The notes beneath the pieces were generated by a model. The model made no database searches, was not told the DNA's origin, and saw only the letters and a list, made by a program, of their open reading frames with translations. Made by a program: the position numbers and the translations under genes. A stretch of 64,000 nucleotides of DNA. Origin: Raillietiella orientalis. Lineage: Eukaryota. Below are positions 1 to 13,900 of the stretch, piece by piece. Positions within the stretch are counted from its first letter, which is position 1. The number at the start of each line of letters is the position of its first letter. The stretch lies in the NCBI GenBank assembly GCA_036172245.1, contig JAYWIR010000007.1, positions 1,302,001 through 1,366,000 of the forward strand, written 5' to 3'.

Positions 1-2059
1 AAGAAGGCTACCAGGAAACATGGGAAGATGGTGTCCTCTAAATAGCGTGTATTCCCGGGTAGAACTCCGAGCTTCAACCAGATCACGGGAGAAGGGCTAG
101 TGACTGCACAGGACTTCTCCTGCCCTTCAAAAACGCAGTGGTGGCTCTGGAAGAGTCGAGACAGAGGAAACAGCGCGCGTCTCGGGGACTGACTCTCTAT
201 TTCTCCTCCAATTGAAGTGCCCGCACCATTTCAGCAAAGAACGGTGCTCCCGGGATATACACGGGAAACATTGGTTAAAATCCTCCCTTCGTAGCGAAGC
301 TACCCCTGGAAACCACCGTCTCCTAAAGAGGACGATCCGAAGGAAACCACCTGACTGTGGAGGCGATGCAGAGTTCCCTTCCTTTCGTTTTTTTATGCCG
401 CACCCTCGCTTCTATTTTCAACACGACCGTAAACAGCAGAATGCGAATGGAAGTGCTTGATAGCGCTGCTCGAGGGGTGCTGTGGTGATTTCCCAAGTGA
501 CCTTTTTTCGGAAGACCCTGAGGCGATTTCGCGCTGAGTTGCGGTCCCGTGCATTTAAAATTCCGTCACGTCAAAAGTGCAAGCAGCTGGTGGGAGCGAT
601 TTCCAGCATCCGTTCAGCCTAGAGGCTTGGATCGACCAGTCTTCTGGGAGAACCCGTCGGAAGGACCTGCTCGCTTCGGGACCATCCTATACTCCCATCT
701 TGTGTCGCCCGACCTGTGCAGATTTTCGTACACGCAAATGATGTTCAAAAGGGAATGATTCGCGGGATGCAGACGAATGGAGGAGAGTTGCCAGCCTGTT
801 CCCCTCCCGTCCCTTCCCTCCAACTCCTCCTGTTGTTTTCTAAGGCCCGTCCTTTACGGGCGATCATCCCATCCTCTGTTTTCAGTATGCCCTTCGGCAC
901 CACTGTGTCTTCGAGCGCTCTCCGCCTCTTCTCTGATGTGCTCCATCCGCTCCTTGGGAATTTCCAGCTCCCCCAACTCTTGTTCGTTTCTTGGATGGCA
1001 CCTTCCGGAACAGTCGCCTCTGCAAGGAGCACCTCTCTAGAGGCCAAGTGCAGGGGTGGCCTTCAACACTCGCCCTCCTCCCCTGTCGTGTCTCCTCCAC
1101 CGCCGCTGACGAACGCTCGTGAGGGCAACCCAGTGACATCCAGCGTGGTGACCTTCCCGTCGCCGTGGCGCAATGGAGCCGGCTTCTCGGCTTCGAGTCA
1201 TCTGGTCGTCGCGGCCATCAACCCCAGCATTTTAGAGTAACCCTTTTGATCCGGACCGCCAGCTCGCCTGTCTCTCCACGACCACTGTCTGGTCGTTGAC
1301 TCTACTTTGGAGGATGTGACCCAGCGAATCTGCCCACCTTCCGCGCGCTCTCTGCGATGGGGGCGACTGTCGCCGCCACCGCTGGGAGGTGCCCGCACAG
1401 ACACGCAGAAGGTCGAGCTGCAGCGCGCATGTGAATCTGCGAGCAAAAGGTGTTCTTCGATGGATGGGGTGTGGCCATACGGAGGTGCGATGCGGACCAG
1501 AGAAGAATGAGGTCTCCCCGTGATCCCAGGGTTCCGCGCGACTGGGGACGTCCGAGGCAATTTTCCTTCTCGAGCTCCCCCAATTCTACCTCCATTGCTT
1601 CCCTTACTCAGACGTCCATTTCACCGCGACTCTTCAGGACACTTGCCATCTCTCCTTTCGGGTACATCGGAGGACGCTGACGGGTTTGTCCATTTTCCGC
1701 TGTTCGTCCCGGACACGAAATCCCCCTTCCCCTTCCCAGTTCCGCACCTAATGGAGGCTCTCGTGACCATTTTTCCACCACCGACCGCAACTCACCCTGC
1801 ATTCGGATCGCCCACCATCCACTTCAACAGAGGAAGGAACGAAGGAAAAAGGAGAGAAATCTTTGGCCTTCCAGGCTTGATCTACGCCCACAGTTGCCGT
1901 TGACATTTACAGCGTGAGCCCGTCACATGGTCACCGTAGGTTCGGAAATCGACAACTCAGCACCATAATTATCTCGCACCACAAGGTCCAAAGAAGCTTT
2001 TTTGGGTGAGGGGGTTCGCTAAGTGATGAAGAACCGCTCGCCTCCTTGAAGGAGGAAGG

Positions 2060-2620
2060 GATAGGGGGGTCACTTCCTTGACACCATCCATGCCACCTGG
2101 GGATGCGTATAGTAACTCTTCAATTTAGGAGTACTCCGGGGGAGACCACCCTGTGAAACCAGGAAGCATCTGGGGGGAGGATTCCTTCCCTCTTACGCTT
2201 GGGAGGGAACCCTCGCCCCGGTTATAACCGAAGGGGAACCCCGAAGGGAACTTTCTCTTCCTTGTTCTCTCCGGAGAGACCCCCTGTAGGGAGCTACTCT
2301 TCGTTTCCTCTCCGGAGGGAACCCGGAATGGATCCGTGCTCCTGGAATTTCTTCACCAGATGGAACCCACCTGCAAGGGAACCGCTCCCTGTTTCCTCCT
2401 CTGAAGACCCCTAAGGGACGCTTCCCAATTTCTCTGAAGGGTCGCAGCGCGCTTCTTGGCTCTGGAGAGGCATCATCAATCCACCTGCTCCACGGTACGC
2501 GACAGAGGTTCCTTTCCTGAGGCATGGGTGGACCCAGTTTCACAACCGGAGGGTGAACCCAAATGGAACCGGCTCCCTGGAGATACTTTCAAATCCACGC
2601 TTCTCGGGGAGACCGTTTGA
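2060..2620 (+). repeat. Unclassified interspersed repeat, family B (copy 1)
   Basis: Similar to 17830-18160, e.g. tgtttcctcctctgaagaNNNccNNNNggacgcttcc and cagcgcRcttct...ctctggagag. Confidence 0.7.
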
Positions 2621-5600
2621 ACCCGGAGACGCTCTGGGACGTTGATTTTAAAGTGAAGAACGCACAAGTCACGGAGAACGGGCTTCCCAGAAAACAGCAG
2701 CAGCAGCAACAACAGCAAATGACCACCAACCCGCAGGCCGACATTTAGGGCATCCTGGGGGGGGGTGGGGGAACAAACAACTGACACGAGGGAAGGGGAA
2801 AGGGGATAGGGACCTTCCATGCGGGCTACACACCACCATTCCTCAAACTGGAGCTGAATGCTGGACGAACCCTCTGGGAGACTTCTTCCTGGAAGAGCTG
2901 CCACCACCTCGCTGCCGCCCTCGTCAAGCCGGCTGCCGCGCGGGTGGCCTCCCGTCACTGCACCCGCGACCCCAGCACGCAGCAGTGGCGCCGCTGTGCC
3001 GCATCCGCAAGTCCTCCGCGTGCCGAGATATTCCGACGCGAGTAGTCCTCGGTCGGCGTCCTCCTGGATGAGGAGCACCGGAGCGGGTCTTTGCCGGATG
3101 CCCTCGAGGGCACCGCATCCAAGCACCAAGCGATGCAGGAGAGGTTCCACCTTCCTCCCCCCCTTCCCGCTCCTGGAACAGTTTGAGGGCGCAGCCACAT
3201 TCCCCGCTGATTGCACCGGCGTCCCCCGTGCGGGAACGGCGGAACGTCCCTCTTCCACCGCGACAGGAGCACCGTGGACCAAGGAGGGACCACGATTTCT
3301 TCGGGGACGCGCCAGGCGGGCCGCTCTTCGCCCGGGAACGAGGCGGGAGGCGTTCACTGGCAGCCCTCCTCGCCTTGCAGCCGCCTAAGAGTTTGGCTCT
3401 TCCTGCGCCAGCCCAGCGTAACGCCTATCCCGCCGGCCGGCTGTTGCGTCGGCTTGCCCTCGGGGCAGACGGTGCTGCGGCCGGGGACGTGAGACAGGCC
3501 ATTCGGGACCACCGGTCCCAGTCCTGCAGGACACCTCCTGTGGGGTCCTGAGTGCGAAGACCTTCATCCCTGCTCCTCAACTAGCGGTCGCGGCTTCGGC
3601 TGAGAGCGCCAACCGTCGACAGCGACCGGGTGGAGGGTCCATCCGGACGTTATTTTCGCGAAGTTTCCCCTCCCGAAGCCCCACGACTCCAGGATGGCAA
3701 TCTATCCCGTGATTCCTGTGTGCGTCTCGGGGACGCCTGGATGGTCGAGCGCGGACTACCTGCTCGCCCGTGCTGTTCTCTGGCTTCCTCGGTCCCCCGT
3801 CGCTCGCCGCATCCCCTGGTTCCCCGGGAAACAGAGGACAATGCCACGCTGAACGCATGGTGGTGTCTCCTCCCCTTTCCCTTCCTCAACTGCCTCTCCC
3901 GTGACGAAATCCCATCTTGGAGACGAGGCTCGACGACGCCGGAAGATCCTCTCGGGACCTCTGCATCGCATTCGCGGGTCCACGGAGCGCAGCCTCGCAC
4001 CCTTCGCACGACCTTGGAGCTCCCGGAGCGAGTGGAGTGTGTGGGACCTCCGGAAGCGTCTCCAGGGACCCACGCGTAGATGGATCCACGCTTGGATGCG
4101 AGAGGAATCCCTCAAGTCACGAGGTACTTCCGGATTCCCCGGCCGGCTGTTGTCTCGGTTTGCCCTCGAGGCAGTGTTGCAGCTGGGAGGGGGAGTTGCG
4201 ACGGGCTATCCACGACTACCGGGCCATGTCCTTCAGGATATATCAAGTGCGAAGATTTGCAAGTGCGAAGAGGCTCGAGTAAGGAGGGAGGAGAGGAACG
4301 AAAGAAAGGGGAAAAAGAGGAGGAGGAATGAAGAGGAAAAGGAAGGTGGGAGGGCGAGGAGGTGAAAGCACTCCCTGAGAAGCAAAAGGTTAGAGATATT
4401 GAACTGCTTTATGATTTCATCCCGTATCGACTCATCCTCCTGCATCAGGATCCTGCGAAGCCTCTCCTGAGACTTCCGGGTCACAAAGACACGGCGCGTC
4501 CCGAGTTTATCCCTCCTCCGAAGCGCGCGACGCGAGCCTCAAGGGAAGCACCGCTGGGCAGCCGGACCGGTTCATGGCAGGCCGTCCGTCCAGGGAGGGA
4601 CCACGGAGAGACCATGACCGGCATGATGACCCACGCAAGAACCGGATCGCCATGGCTCAGGCATCCCAAACCTCGGAAACGGGACATCCGCCCACGACCG
4701 GAAGCGAGAGCAGTCGCGGGACGGGATAGCTGCGGGGGATGACTCCTCCCCCGGAAAGATCCCGCACCGTGCCGCCCGGGAAACTGAAGGGGTCCGTAGA
4801 TCCCGGAGAGAAGGGGGTCGGTGGAGGGCGGATGCCCTTTGGCTTTTTCGGAGGCCCCAGGAACGAGCTGAGCGGCTAACTGCTCTCATCCCGGAGCACG
4901 GTCAAGCCAGGCTGCTTTCGCCCTGCTTGGTAGGTGTCCTGGGGTGGCGCACGTGTCCACCTTCGGAAGATCCAGGCAAAAGAGGAGATTTCCTCCACTC
5001 CCGCCGGCCACCACTCCTTCCCGTTCGTCCTCTTCAGCGCGCTGGCTGCAGAGAGGGGCTCGCTCTTGACCGGTACCTCAGAGTGAACCTTTGTACACCA
5101 GTAATATGCAAATGCATATAGTAAGCACATGTTTGCTTGCCATGACTCTTCGGTACTTCGGCGTTCGGGATTCTGGATCGACCCTCCCAATGCACCCATT
5201 CCAGAAACAGAGCGCGAGTAACGAAGTACCAGGAGAGTGTAGGGCTGCTGAGCAGAGTGGATGGAGGGAGACAATGGCGTGTGCTGCTCCGGGAGAAAAG
5301 ACCACAGACGCTGTTCACGTGAAGAGGACAGCCATGCAGAGAAGCCGGCGGGGACTCCCTGGTCGTCCGGTTGCGTCCCCCCCCCCCCCTCCCTTCCGAC
5401 GCCCCGTTCTTAGGGCGCGAGCGCGAGCGCAGCCTTCCGCGCGTCCTTTGAGACGCTGTCGTCGCGCGTTCACAGGAGGAGGGTGGTGCGGGGCAGGGTC
5501 AGGTCGCGGCCACGACTGCACACGAAGTGCTCCTCGGCTGCCGGCCCAGTTCGCCCGCCGTCCGTGCGTTGCCGACGCGGAGCCGCCTCACCGAAGCCGC

Positions 5601-8600
5601 CTCCTGCAGCGAAGCACCCGGCGGCGTTTTGAGCCATTTTCGGCGTCGACTCCGCCCTTCCTCGCCCTCTCGCCTGCCTTCCAGTAGGTACTGTCGGACA
5701 CGGACGAGTTTGCGGAGGGTCGGCGGTTTCCCTGCCCGCGAGAGGGTAGTCAGCGCGGGGTAGACGAGCGACGGGTCCGTTCATGGCGACGCGCCACGCG
5801 GTGCGTGCGTGCAGCTCAGACGCGTGTCCGTCTGGAGCGTGCTTCCCCAGCACGGCACGCCGTGCATCTGGCCCGGGTGCTTCGCATTTCGGGCTTGCGC
5901 TCGGGGTCGTTGGGCTTTGTTCCTCTCCTGGATGCTCGTCCTCTTCAGGGTGCCCAGGTGGGTGCCTCCCGCGATTTCCCGATTGCCGTTCCCCTTTGGA
6001 CCATCACTTTCGGTACTCCCATTGCCGACGCTGCCCCTCTTCGTATCGTTCCTACCCTTCTTGTCACGATGCGCGTGGCGAGTCCTCGCTAAGGGAACCT
6101 CGATGCCCCTTTAAAGCAACCCCTCCAGGATCTCGATCCGCGGACCGTCCTGCAGGCCCGTCACCGCTTCCGGCGCTTCCCGCTCTCAACGCAGCGACGG
6201 GAGGGTGAGCGCGGCGAGCCGGACGCCCCCCGCAGCGCTCGTCGTGGGCAGGTCGGCTGGGCAGGTCGTCCCTCTGGACTTTCCGTCTACAGGCTCGGAC
6301 CCTGGAGCGGCTGGCAGTCGTGGCGAGGGCGTTGCCCTTTTTTTTGGATGGGGAGGGGATGAATCCACGAACATTCCTTTTTGTGATTTGGCGCACGCAT
6401 TGCTGTCCTGGTCAGTTCACGTTTCATGTGCCCTGCGGGCGAATGACCTTTTCGGTGCATCTCGTTGCCGCCAGAGGCTAACCGTTCTTAGTCCCGAGCG
6501 GCTGATCCGGGCCTTTCGTGCTTCCATCGCCGCGTCTCCCAAAGAACGGGAAGGAAGGGAGGAACCACCGGGATCCTTTCTTCTTCCCGCGTCTCCTGGC
6601 TGTGCGAATCCTCTCCGCCTCCTGCTTCCTCCTTCAGGCGTGGCCGACTCTCTCCCGGTTTGTCTGGGAAGCTTCCCTAGGAGAGCCGTTCGTCCCAGTC
6701 CTCGGAGAGCTCCAGGGGTCGTCCCTCCGTCCGCGGTCCCCGCGGAGAGCTCCAGAGACTTCTACCCAGTCCTACCATCTTCTCGCGGGACTCCTCAGAG
6801 CGTTCCCCGATAGAGGTCGCCCCACCTTCCTCCATTGGACGGCGAGAGCGCCGGAGGCGGATTTCCCTTTCTAGAGAGATTAGCCGCGATCCCGTACCCG
6901 GAAGCAGACTTTCAAGGGTTGCCCACGAATCGGCAGGTCTGTCTGAAGAAGCCTGAGGCTGTCGAGGATGAAAGGAAGGGGTCAGCGGTTGCATTTGGGT
7001 GCGCTGGCGGTTACTCAAACCCGGAAGCGCGTGATGGGTAAGGCGTGGTTCCGGAGAGCGGAGGACTCGCCAAACCGAGGGATCCCGTCAGCCGCTTTCA
7101 AGAGCAGAACAAGCATGCAGCAGCCAGCACTAATGACCCCACTCTACTCTCTAGGATGGAAGGAAGACGGAGAGGGCAGGGTGAGGACAAGGAAGGGGTA
7201 AGGAGGAGGAAAGGAAGAGCAAGAGGGGAAGAAGGGAGGAGGAAGAGAGAGCCTGCTTAGCCACGACTGTACGTCTTGCCAAGTGTAGCGCAGTTGCCTT
7301 CCAAAGGCGATGCAGTCTACCCCGGCGAGGTCTCCCCACCCTGGATAGCCGGGCCATTTATTTCAAACAAATAGATGGTATTAAAAAGACAGAGAAGGGA
7401 AGACGAGAGTGTCAGGATGAACCCCCTCAGGAGACAGAACTACGGAGGATTGGAGGGAGAGTAGGGAGGAGCAGTGAATAAATAAGGAAATAGGGAAGAC
7501 GATGTACCGGTCTCACGATACTTCACTTGATTCCCCAGGATCCGCATCGGGCAGAGCAGGGGCAGAAGGAGGAGAGTGCTAACCAGTCAGCCTAGCCACA
7601 ATTTTTCGAAGGCTCCCTCGCACCTCCCTCCCCATATCGGGCCACTTCGTTTCCCTCCGCATGCGAGCGATCACAGATGGCTCTCTGTGATGTCTGTCCC
7701 ATTCCTCCTTCCTCCGTTTGGCAGCCACCGTGGCACGTGCGTGGCGGCGAATCGTCAGCGACGAGGTGACCGGCACGCCTGGAGACGTGGGCATTTCCCT
7801 AAAAAAGTCGTCGTGGAAGCAAAGTGCCTCAGAGATACGCTTCCATTCCTGACATTCCTATCCTTCCGCATTCCAGCAGTACGTGCGGGGGCGTTCGCGC
7901 TGTGCTGCAGTGGGGAGGTTCCTTGGGCGACTCCCTCCATTTCCACTGCACCTCACGATGGAAGTTTGCTGGCACCGGAGAGAAAGGACGGAGGTGTCGA
8001 CCAGGAAGTACCCAATCTTGAAGCTCTTCTGGGGATTCTCCAAGGATTCCATCCAGATTTGGGGACCCTGAGTTGGAACTTTGGAAGTGACCTCGTTCCC
8101 TACACGAGAATCTTTCCACAGGTCAGTGGGTCTGGAGAACATGGATATGGAGTATGTTATCTCCCACTCTGCAGGAGCGTCTTCTTCCTCCCGATTCCAA
8201 CTATGAAGTGCATAGCGCCCTCAGCGGTCACACGCTGAGATATGGGGAGCAGGTTCATCTCGTCCAACACCCCCGAGGCAGGGAGGAGAGTTTCCCCAGA
8301 CGACCGACGGCGCTGCTGTTCGGGAAGTTGGACTTTCCACGTTCCCAGTGGTCCCTGCCGCCGAGCATTCCTATTTAGTGGGCGGCAGGATGGCCACTCG
8401 TATTCCTCCATCAGCAACGCGATCGGGCTGAGCGGGTGACCCAGACCTCACCCTCGACGGCGGCTGCATGAGAGGACGGGTGCAAACTTCCCCGCAGCCT
8501 CTCACATTCTTCAGGAGAAGACGCGCGAAGGAAGGCACCACTACCCCTTAGAGAGGATTCCACCGCTTCGCTCCGAATGCCTGGAGGATGTGTCCGCATC

Positions 8601-10897
8601 CGTCCGGTGGAGAAAGAGTTCAGCCTCCCCTATTGGCACTGGGGCGCTAGGCCTTCAAGCCACCCCTCGGAGCGGCTGTCGGCTGGACGCCTCGCCCGAC
8701 GACTTCCGGCGTGCTACAGGAAGGGGAGTGGCAGGAAACGTTCCACGTTGCTGCCCCCTTCGGGAAGGAGCAGCCTCACCATCACCAAAGGGGGTCACGG
8801 CACGAGAACCGCCGCTTCTCTAGGGAAGAGCGAACCCACGGGTGCCCCAGACGAGTCGCGAACGGACCCTCCTGCGGGAGGAACCCCCAAGGGAGACCGG
8901 CCCGCGTTCGTCGCCCAGCCGAAAGCCACGGTCTTCGACCTCTTCCTGCTCCCCTGCACGCCAGCGTCCCCGCGAGTGAGACCGGAGGGCGTCTCGAGCG
9001 CGCCCGCTGGGGTCCACACCGGCAGGCAGCAGGAGGGGTGCGTCGTCCCCATAGGCTGCAACTCCGGGGAGCGCCGTCGGGGTTGAGGCGGGCTCGAAGT
9101 CGCTGGTGAGCGCTCGGCACCGGTTCAAAGAGCAGGCTGAAGAGTTCCCGCCTGATCTCGATGCCTCCGGCGAGCAGGCCGCCGAAAGAGATCAAAAACT
9201 TCTCTTCGCGTCACGAAAAGTCCTGACGGTCGAGGGAGCTGCCTGGGAAGACCATCCGCTCCAGCAGCCTGGGAAGAAGCTGCCGATGTGGGGTGGTGCC
9301 TGGTGTGGTCCCTGGTTAGACCGGGACCGCGTAAGTCTGCTCCGAGCCGACCACGGATTCGGCCAGCGGCCCTGTTCGCACGCTCTGCTGCTTGGAGAGC
9401 AGCTCGAGTCCGCGCTCGCGACCGTGACGAGACTCCGGTTTCTAGGGCAACGCATCCCCGGCGTGACCGGTGCAAAAAGACGGGATCGTTGATCCGAGGA
9501 TCAAACGAAGAGGCTGTTTGCTAATTGGGGGGCCGGTCGCACCCGTAGCGACTGATGGGATGTCAAGAGGAGGTTTCAGGGAGACTTGGAAGCGTGAAGT
9601 GGCCGAGCGAATGAATCTCTACAATAAAAGTGACACCGTTTTTCCTTTATTTCTTTTCTTTCCTTTTTAAGGAGACGAGTGGCAGCTATTGCAAGTTCGA
9701 ACATAAAGGCATAATTGGAGGCTCCTCCTCGTCAAGGGCGGCTCTCCCTCTCTTCTTGGGTTTCTCGAATCCACTTGTTGCATTGGACAATCGGATTTGC
9801 AGTGTCTCGAACGTCTGCTTCTCTCGAAGGGGCTCCACGCTGAGTATTCCCTTTTAGAAATCACGACCACGTGCAAGCAGATTAACCAAGAAAAGGAGAG
9901 AGAGAGAGAGAAAGAAGGAAAAGAAAAACGAACGTGAATAAGATAAAGTCGCTCCTATCTCATCGTATCAGAAGAGGAACCTTGAAACAAAATCTCATTT
10001 CGCTGGTCATGAAGTTGCTGCTGCCTCTGTAGTGGACGGGAGAAAGAGTGTGTGTATATTGAACTTTTGCGTGGCGTACACAATGCTTCGTGCTCGTCCG
10101 GGCTGTCCCTGCTAAGGAAAACTCCCTCCTCTGCTTTCTTTCTTTTCGGCAGGAAAGAATTCGCAGCGGCACCTGGGCCCGCGGGCCGCATTCGTGCTCC
10201 GTGGAAAGCGGTGCGGGTTTGGAGCTTCTTTTAGCCTTAGCGTGCACTCGATTCGACCTCGCCATAGCAACCTCCGTTTTATTATTAGAAAGGCAACAAC
10301 AATAAGCCGCGTGACGTGAGCGCGCGCTCCGGAAGTGCTTGGAAGCGCTCCTTGGCAACGCGTTGCGAGGGAGACGAGCACGGAGTGCGTGATCTGGTCA
10401 GTTCGGAGAGCCCCCTTCCGTGTAATGAACGGCAAGCCGTTCCTACGGAGCAGAGCGGTTTCGGGACGCGATTTCTCGTTTCCCCCCTTCCCCCCCCCCC
10501 CCGATGACGACGCCCCGGCGCATGCTTCTTATGTGGCTTCTTCTCACGGGTTTATTTCTCGATCGGAGAGGGATGTCATCCGCACTACGAGAAGCAGACA
10601 GTTTCCATTTCCTCACTTTTTGTTCGCTGCATCGCCTCCCTCCCCCTCCTCCTCTTCCCCGTCGTTCCTCCTCCCCCGCAATTGTCAGCCATCGGCTCCG
10701 TCTGCTATCTTCGGAAAGAGGCGGAGCAAAGCGAACACAGACCAGACGTGGCTTGTTCTTCACCGAGTCGGATTTCGGAGTCAGTGCCAGAGGAGAAGAG
10801 TCCGGGGCGGGCTCCACCGCTTAGCAGCAGCCAGCAGCGGCAGAAGCAGAACATGAGCATCGCGATGAAGAGAGCGAAGTGAAGCGGGGCGGCAGCC

Positions 10898-10963
10898 AAA
10901 AAAAAAAAAAACAAACAAACAAACAGACAGACAAACAACAACAAAAAAAAAAAACACAAAAAA
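10898..10963 (+). repeat. A-rich/(AAAC)n low-complexity tract in the SFRP 5' leader
   Basis: aaaaaaaaaaaaaacaaacaaacaaacagacagacaaacaacaac... immediately upstream of the ATG at 10976. Confidence 0.8.
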
Positions 10964-10975
10964 CGGGGAAGAACA

Positions 10976-13900
10976 ATGCTGCCGGAAAGTGTCCTCGTAA
11001 AGGTGGTGATCTCCGTGTTGTGCTGCGTACACCTGAGTCACGGACAGCCGTCCGAATTTTCCGACTGGAACACTCACGGGGGACCGCTGAACCAGCCGGC
11101 CTGCGTCGACATCCCCCGCAACCTGACCTTGTGCCGCGGGATAGGGTATACGAAAATGAGACTGCCGAACCTACTGGACCACGACACCATAGCGGAGGTG
11201 TCGCAGCAGGCGGCGTCGTGGGTTCCTGTCCGCAACGTGAGGTGCCACCCCAATGCCCAAGTGTTTCTTTGCTCCCTGTTTACACCTGTGTGCCTGGACC
11301 GGCCGATTTACCCTTGCCGCAGCCTCTGCGAGCACGTCCAGGCAGGTTGTGAGCCCTTCGTGAGGAAGTTCGGCTTCCCGTGGCCCGAAATGCTGCGGTG
11401 CGACAAGTTCCCCGTCGACAACGACATGTGCATCAGCATCCAGTCGACTCACCAGGGTTCCGGTGCAAAAGGTACGGCCCGCCGCCGCGCTCCCCCCCTC
11501 CCTCCCTCCTCCTAACTCTTCCTCTCCCCATCCGCGCACCGTCCCCTCGACGGAATCTCCAGCTTCGGGAAAGTCCGGTTCTTCGGTTGCTTCTCTCTCC
11601 CCCCCCCCCCCCCCCCCCCAATACCACCCCACCCTTCTCCGCTCGCGCGCAGGAGTCCACAAAAGCTGGGGCCCGGTTCAAGCGTTCGAAGAGCGATCCC
11701 CCGTCTCCAGCTAACATTCGTCCTTATCCGTTTCTCACCTTCCCTCCTCCCCCCCAAAAAAGATACCGGGGGGCGAGAGGGGGGGAGAAAGAACGAGATG
11801 CTTACGAAGCCGCTTGCAGGGGGAGGAAGAGAGGAGGAGAGGTGGGGAATAGCGGCGGGAGTCCAGATCAGCCACCCGACATTCTCAGGGAGCTCAGCTT
11901 CTCAAACGGTTCGGGAGAGCAGAGTAAGAGCAAAGGTGCTTTCCGCCAGTCTTGGCGACAGAGTGGCGAAACCGAAAACGACCGAGGTCTCCTTCGGGGC
12001 TGGAGATGACATGACCTCCTGAATAGGAACATCTCCTAGGGGCGAGGTCATGTAGCCGATTTACCGAGGAAGGTGAATAGGGGGCGGTGCGGTCGGCTGC
12101 CGGCTTTCGGTAGTGTTTTTGTAGCGGGCACTCGTCTCTAGGGAGACCGGAGGGATGTGAGCTCACGCCTCCTCTGACTTACAGGATAGAGACCCGCGTG
12201 AGTGCAGACCCCGGGCAGTGGGCCTGCAGAAGGAGGAAAAGCGGTCGGTGCGAACGCACGGGGAAAGCTGTATTTCTCTCCGCAATGGCCTCGCTCCTGT
12301 ACCCATGTACCCACGAGAGGAAAGAGGGAGGAGGAAGAGGAGGTTTCACGCCTCCAGAAAGTGCACGTAAGGGGGAGAGGAGAGGAAGGGGGGGGCGATG
12401 AACCCTTCTTGGGGTTGCTTCGTTTCGCGTGCGGGAGGCAGACCGTTCCTGGCGAATCGAATCCACCTCTCCTTCGTCTCCCACCTATGCCTCCCATCCC
12501 AGGTGAGGCCGCCTTCCAGGAGCGCCCCAGGGAAAAGGAGGAGGAGCGGGCTATGTGAGGAGGAAGTGAGCCGCACTGTCTTCCCCGCAGCTGAATCCCC
12601 TCCAAGCTCATGTGGTTGGTTCCCACAGCATGTCGAGTCGAAAAGGGAGAACGCGAGGAATGCTGAGCGAAGCGGACGTCCGCGGAGGCCCGAATGAAAC
12701 CCTCTGGCAAGAACGCCGCTGTCGAGGACGTGTCTCCTTGCAAAGATCGGACGACGGCATCCCGTGCGGACACCGGAGCGATGAAAAATCGAGAGCGCAC
12801 AGCTCCCGTCTCTCTGGCTGGAACTCGGAAGGGGGGGGGGGGGGAAGGGGGAACCCGGAGAGAACATGGGACGGCGGACGGAGCGCGACAGTGGGTGTCT
12901 GTGGCTTCCCGTATATTTGGCAGATGCAGCTGGCTCTGAATCCCGACGAGAGACGACGTTTTGGGAAAAGGGGAGAACCAGAACAAGGAACGTCGGGGAT
13001 TCCTGGACGTCTTCCGCCTGCAGTCGTTTCCAGACAGATCGGCAGTGGGAGTGTCACAGCTGCGGATCGGATTCTCTCCCCCCCCCCCTCTTCCCCCATC
13101 GTAGTTCTTCAGGTTCGCCGCGTCGACTTCGCAAGTCCGAAGCGGTCCGCCGTTCGGCTCTTGCAGGAGGAGCGAAAAGAGCAGGAAACCAAAAGGGCTT
13201 CTCTCGTCTCTCCAAGCGCAACAGATTCGGTGTCCAAGGGCAACGAACGAGGTGGCATCGTTTGAGCTCGGATCTTGGGCGGCTGCTCACAGAGCACCAT
13301 CCGAACGTACAGCAGTCCAAGAGAACTCCGGACAGACGGAGGACAGAGTTTCGAGAGGAGAGTGAAGGTTTCCACAGGCCCTTTCCTTTAACCCGCCGGG
13401 CTAGCCGGGACGGGGAACCAAAGAGGAGGATGCATCCTGCGAAATCCACGGTCAGAGAAAGCGAGTTCTGAGCAAGGGCCGGGTATTCGAATTTGGAATG
13501 ACCAAGGTTCTTGAACGGCAAAAACCGGGGCGGTCCGAGAGAAAACGGGAGCACCTCGAGCTCCGTGGATGCTGCGTACGATCAGCTGAGCGCATGTCGC
13601 ATTTCTCGCCCACGTGCACAGACCCGCCTGGTTCTTGCATTTTCGCTTCGGGAGTTTATTTCCTTATTCCCGACGCCCTTCTTCTTCTGTTGTTCATATA
13701 GTGCTGGACCCCTCCCAGGACTTCGAAGGGCACCTGCAGCGCTGGTCGACGGTATTGCGAGAAAAACTTCAGTTCGAAATTCCATTTCTAGTCAAGACCC
13801 TGGCCGCGTGCGCAAAAGACGATGCCGCGCATCCTCCGCAACCAAGTGCTTGACCTCAGACCCCAAGTGCTTAACCATAACTCCCTCTGAGTGGCTTCTG

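Noticed and set aside
212..9500. Many overlapping 100-290 aa ORFs rich in R/P/G/S (e.g. 2476-3357, 7576-8238)
   Set aside because: Expected in GC-rich DNA, with no recognisable domains. Probably decayed repeats, but I could classify only the family B copy.
10853..10882. Short uORF MSIAMKRAK upstream of SFRP
   Set aside because: The transcription start is unknown and such uORFs are common by chance.
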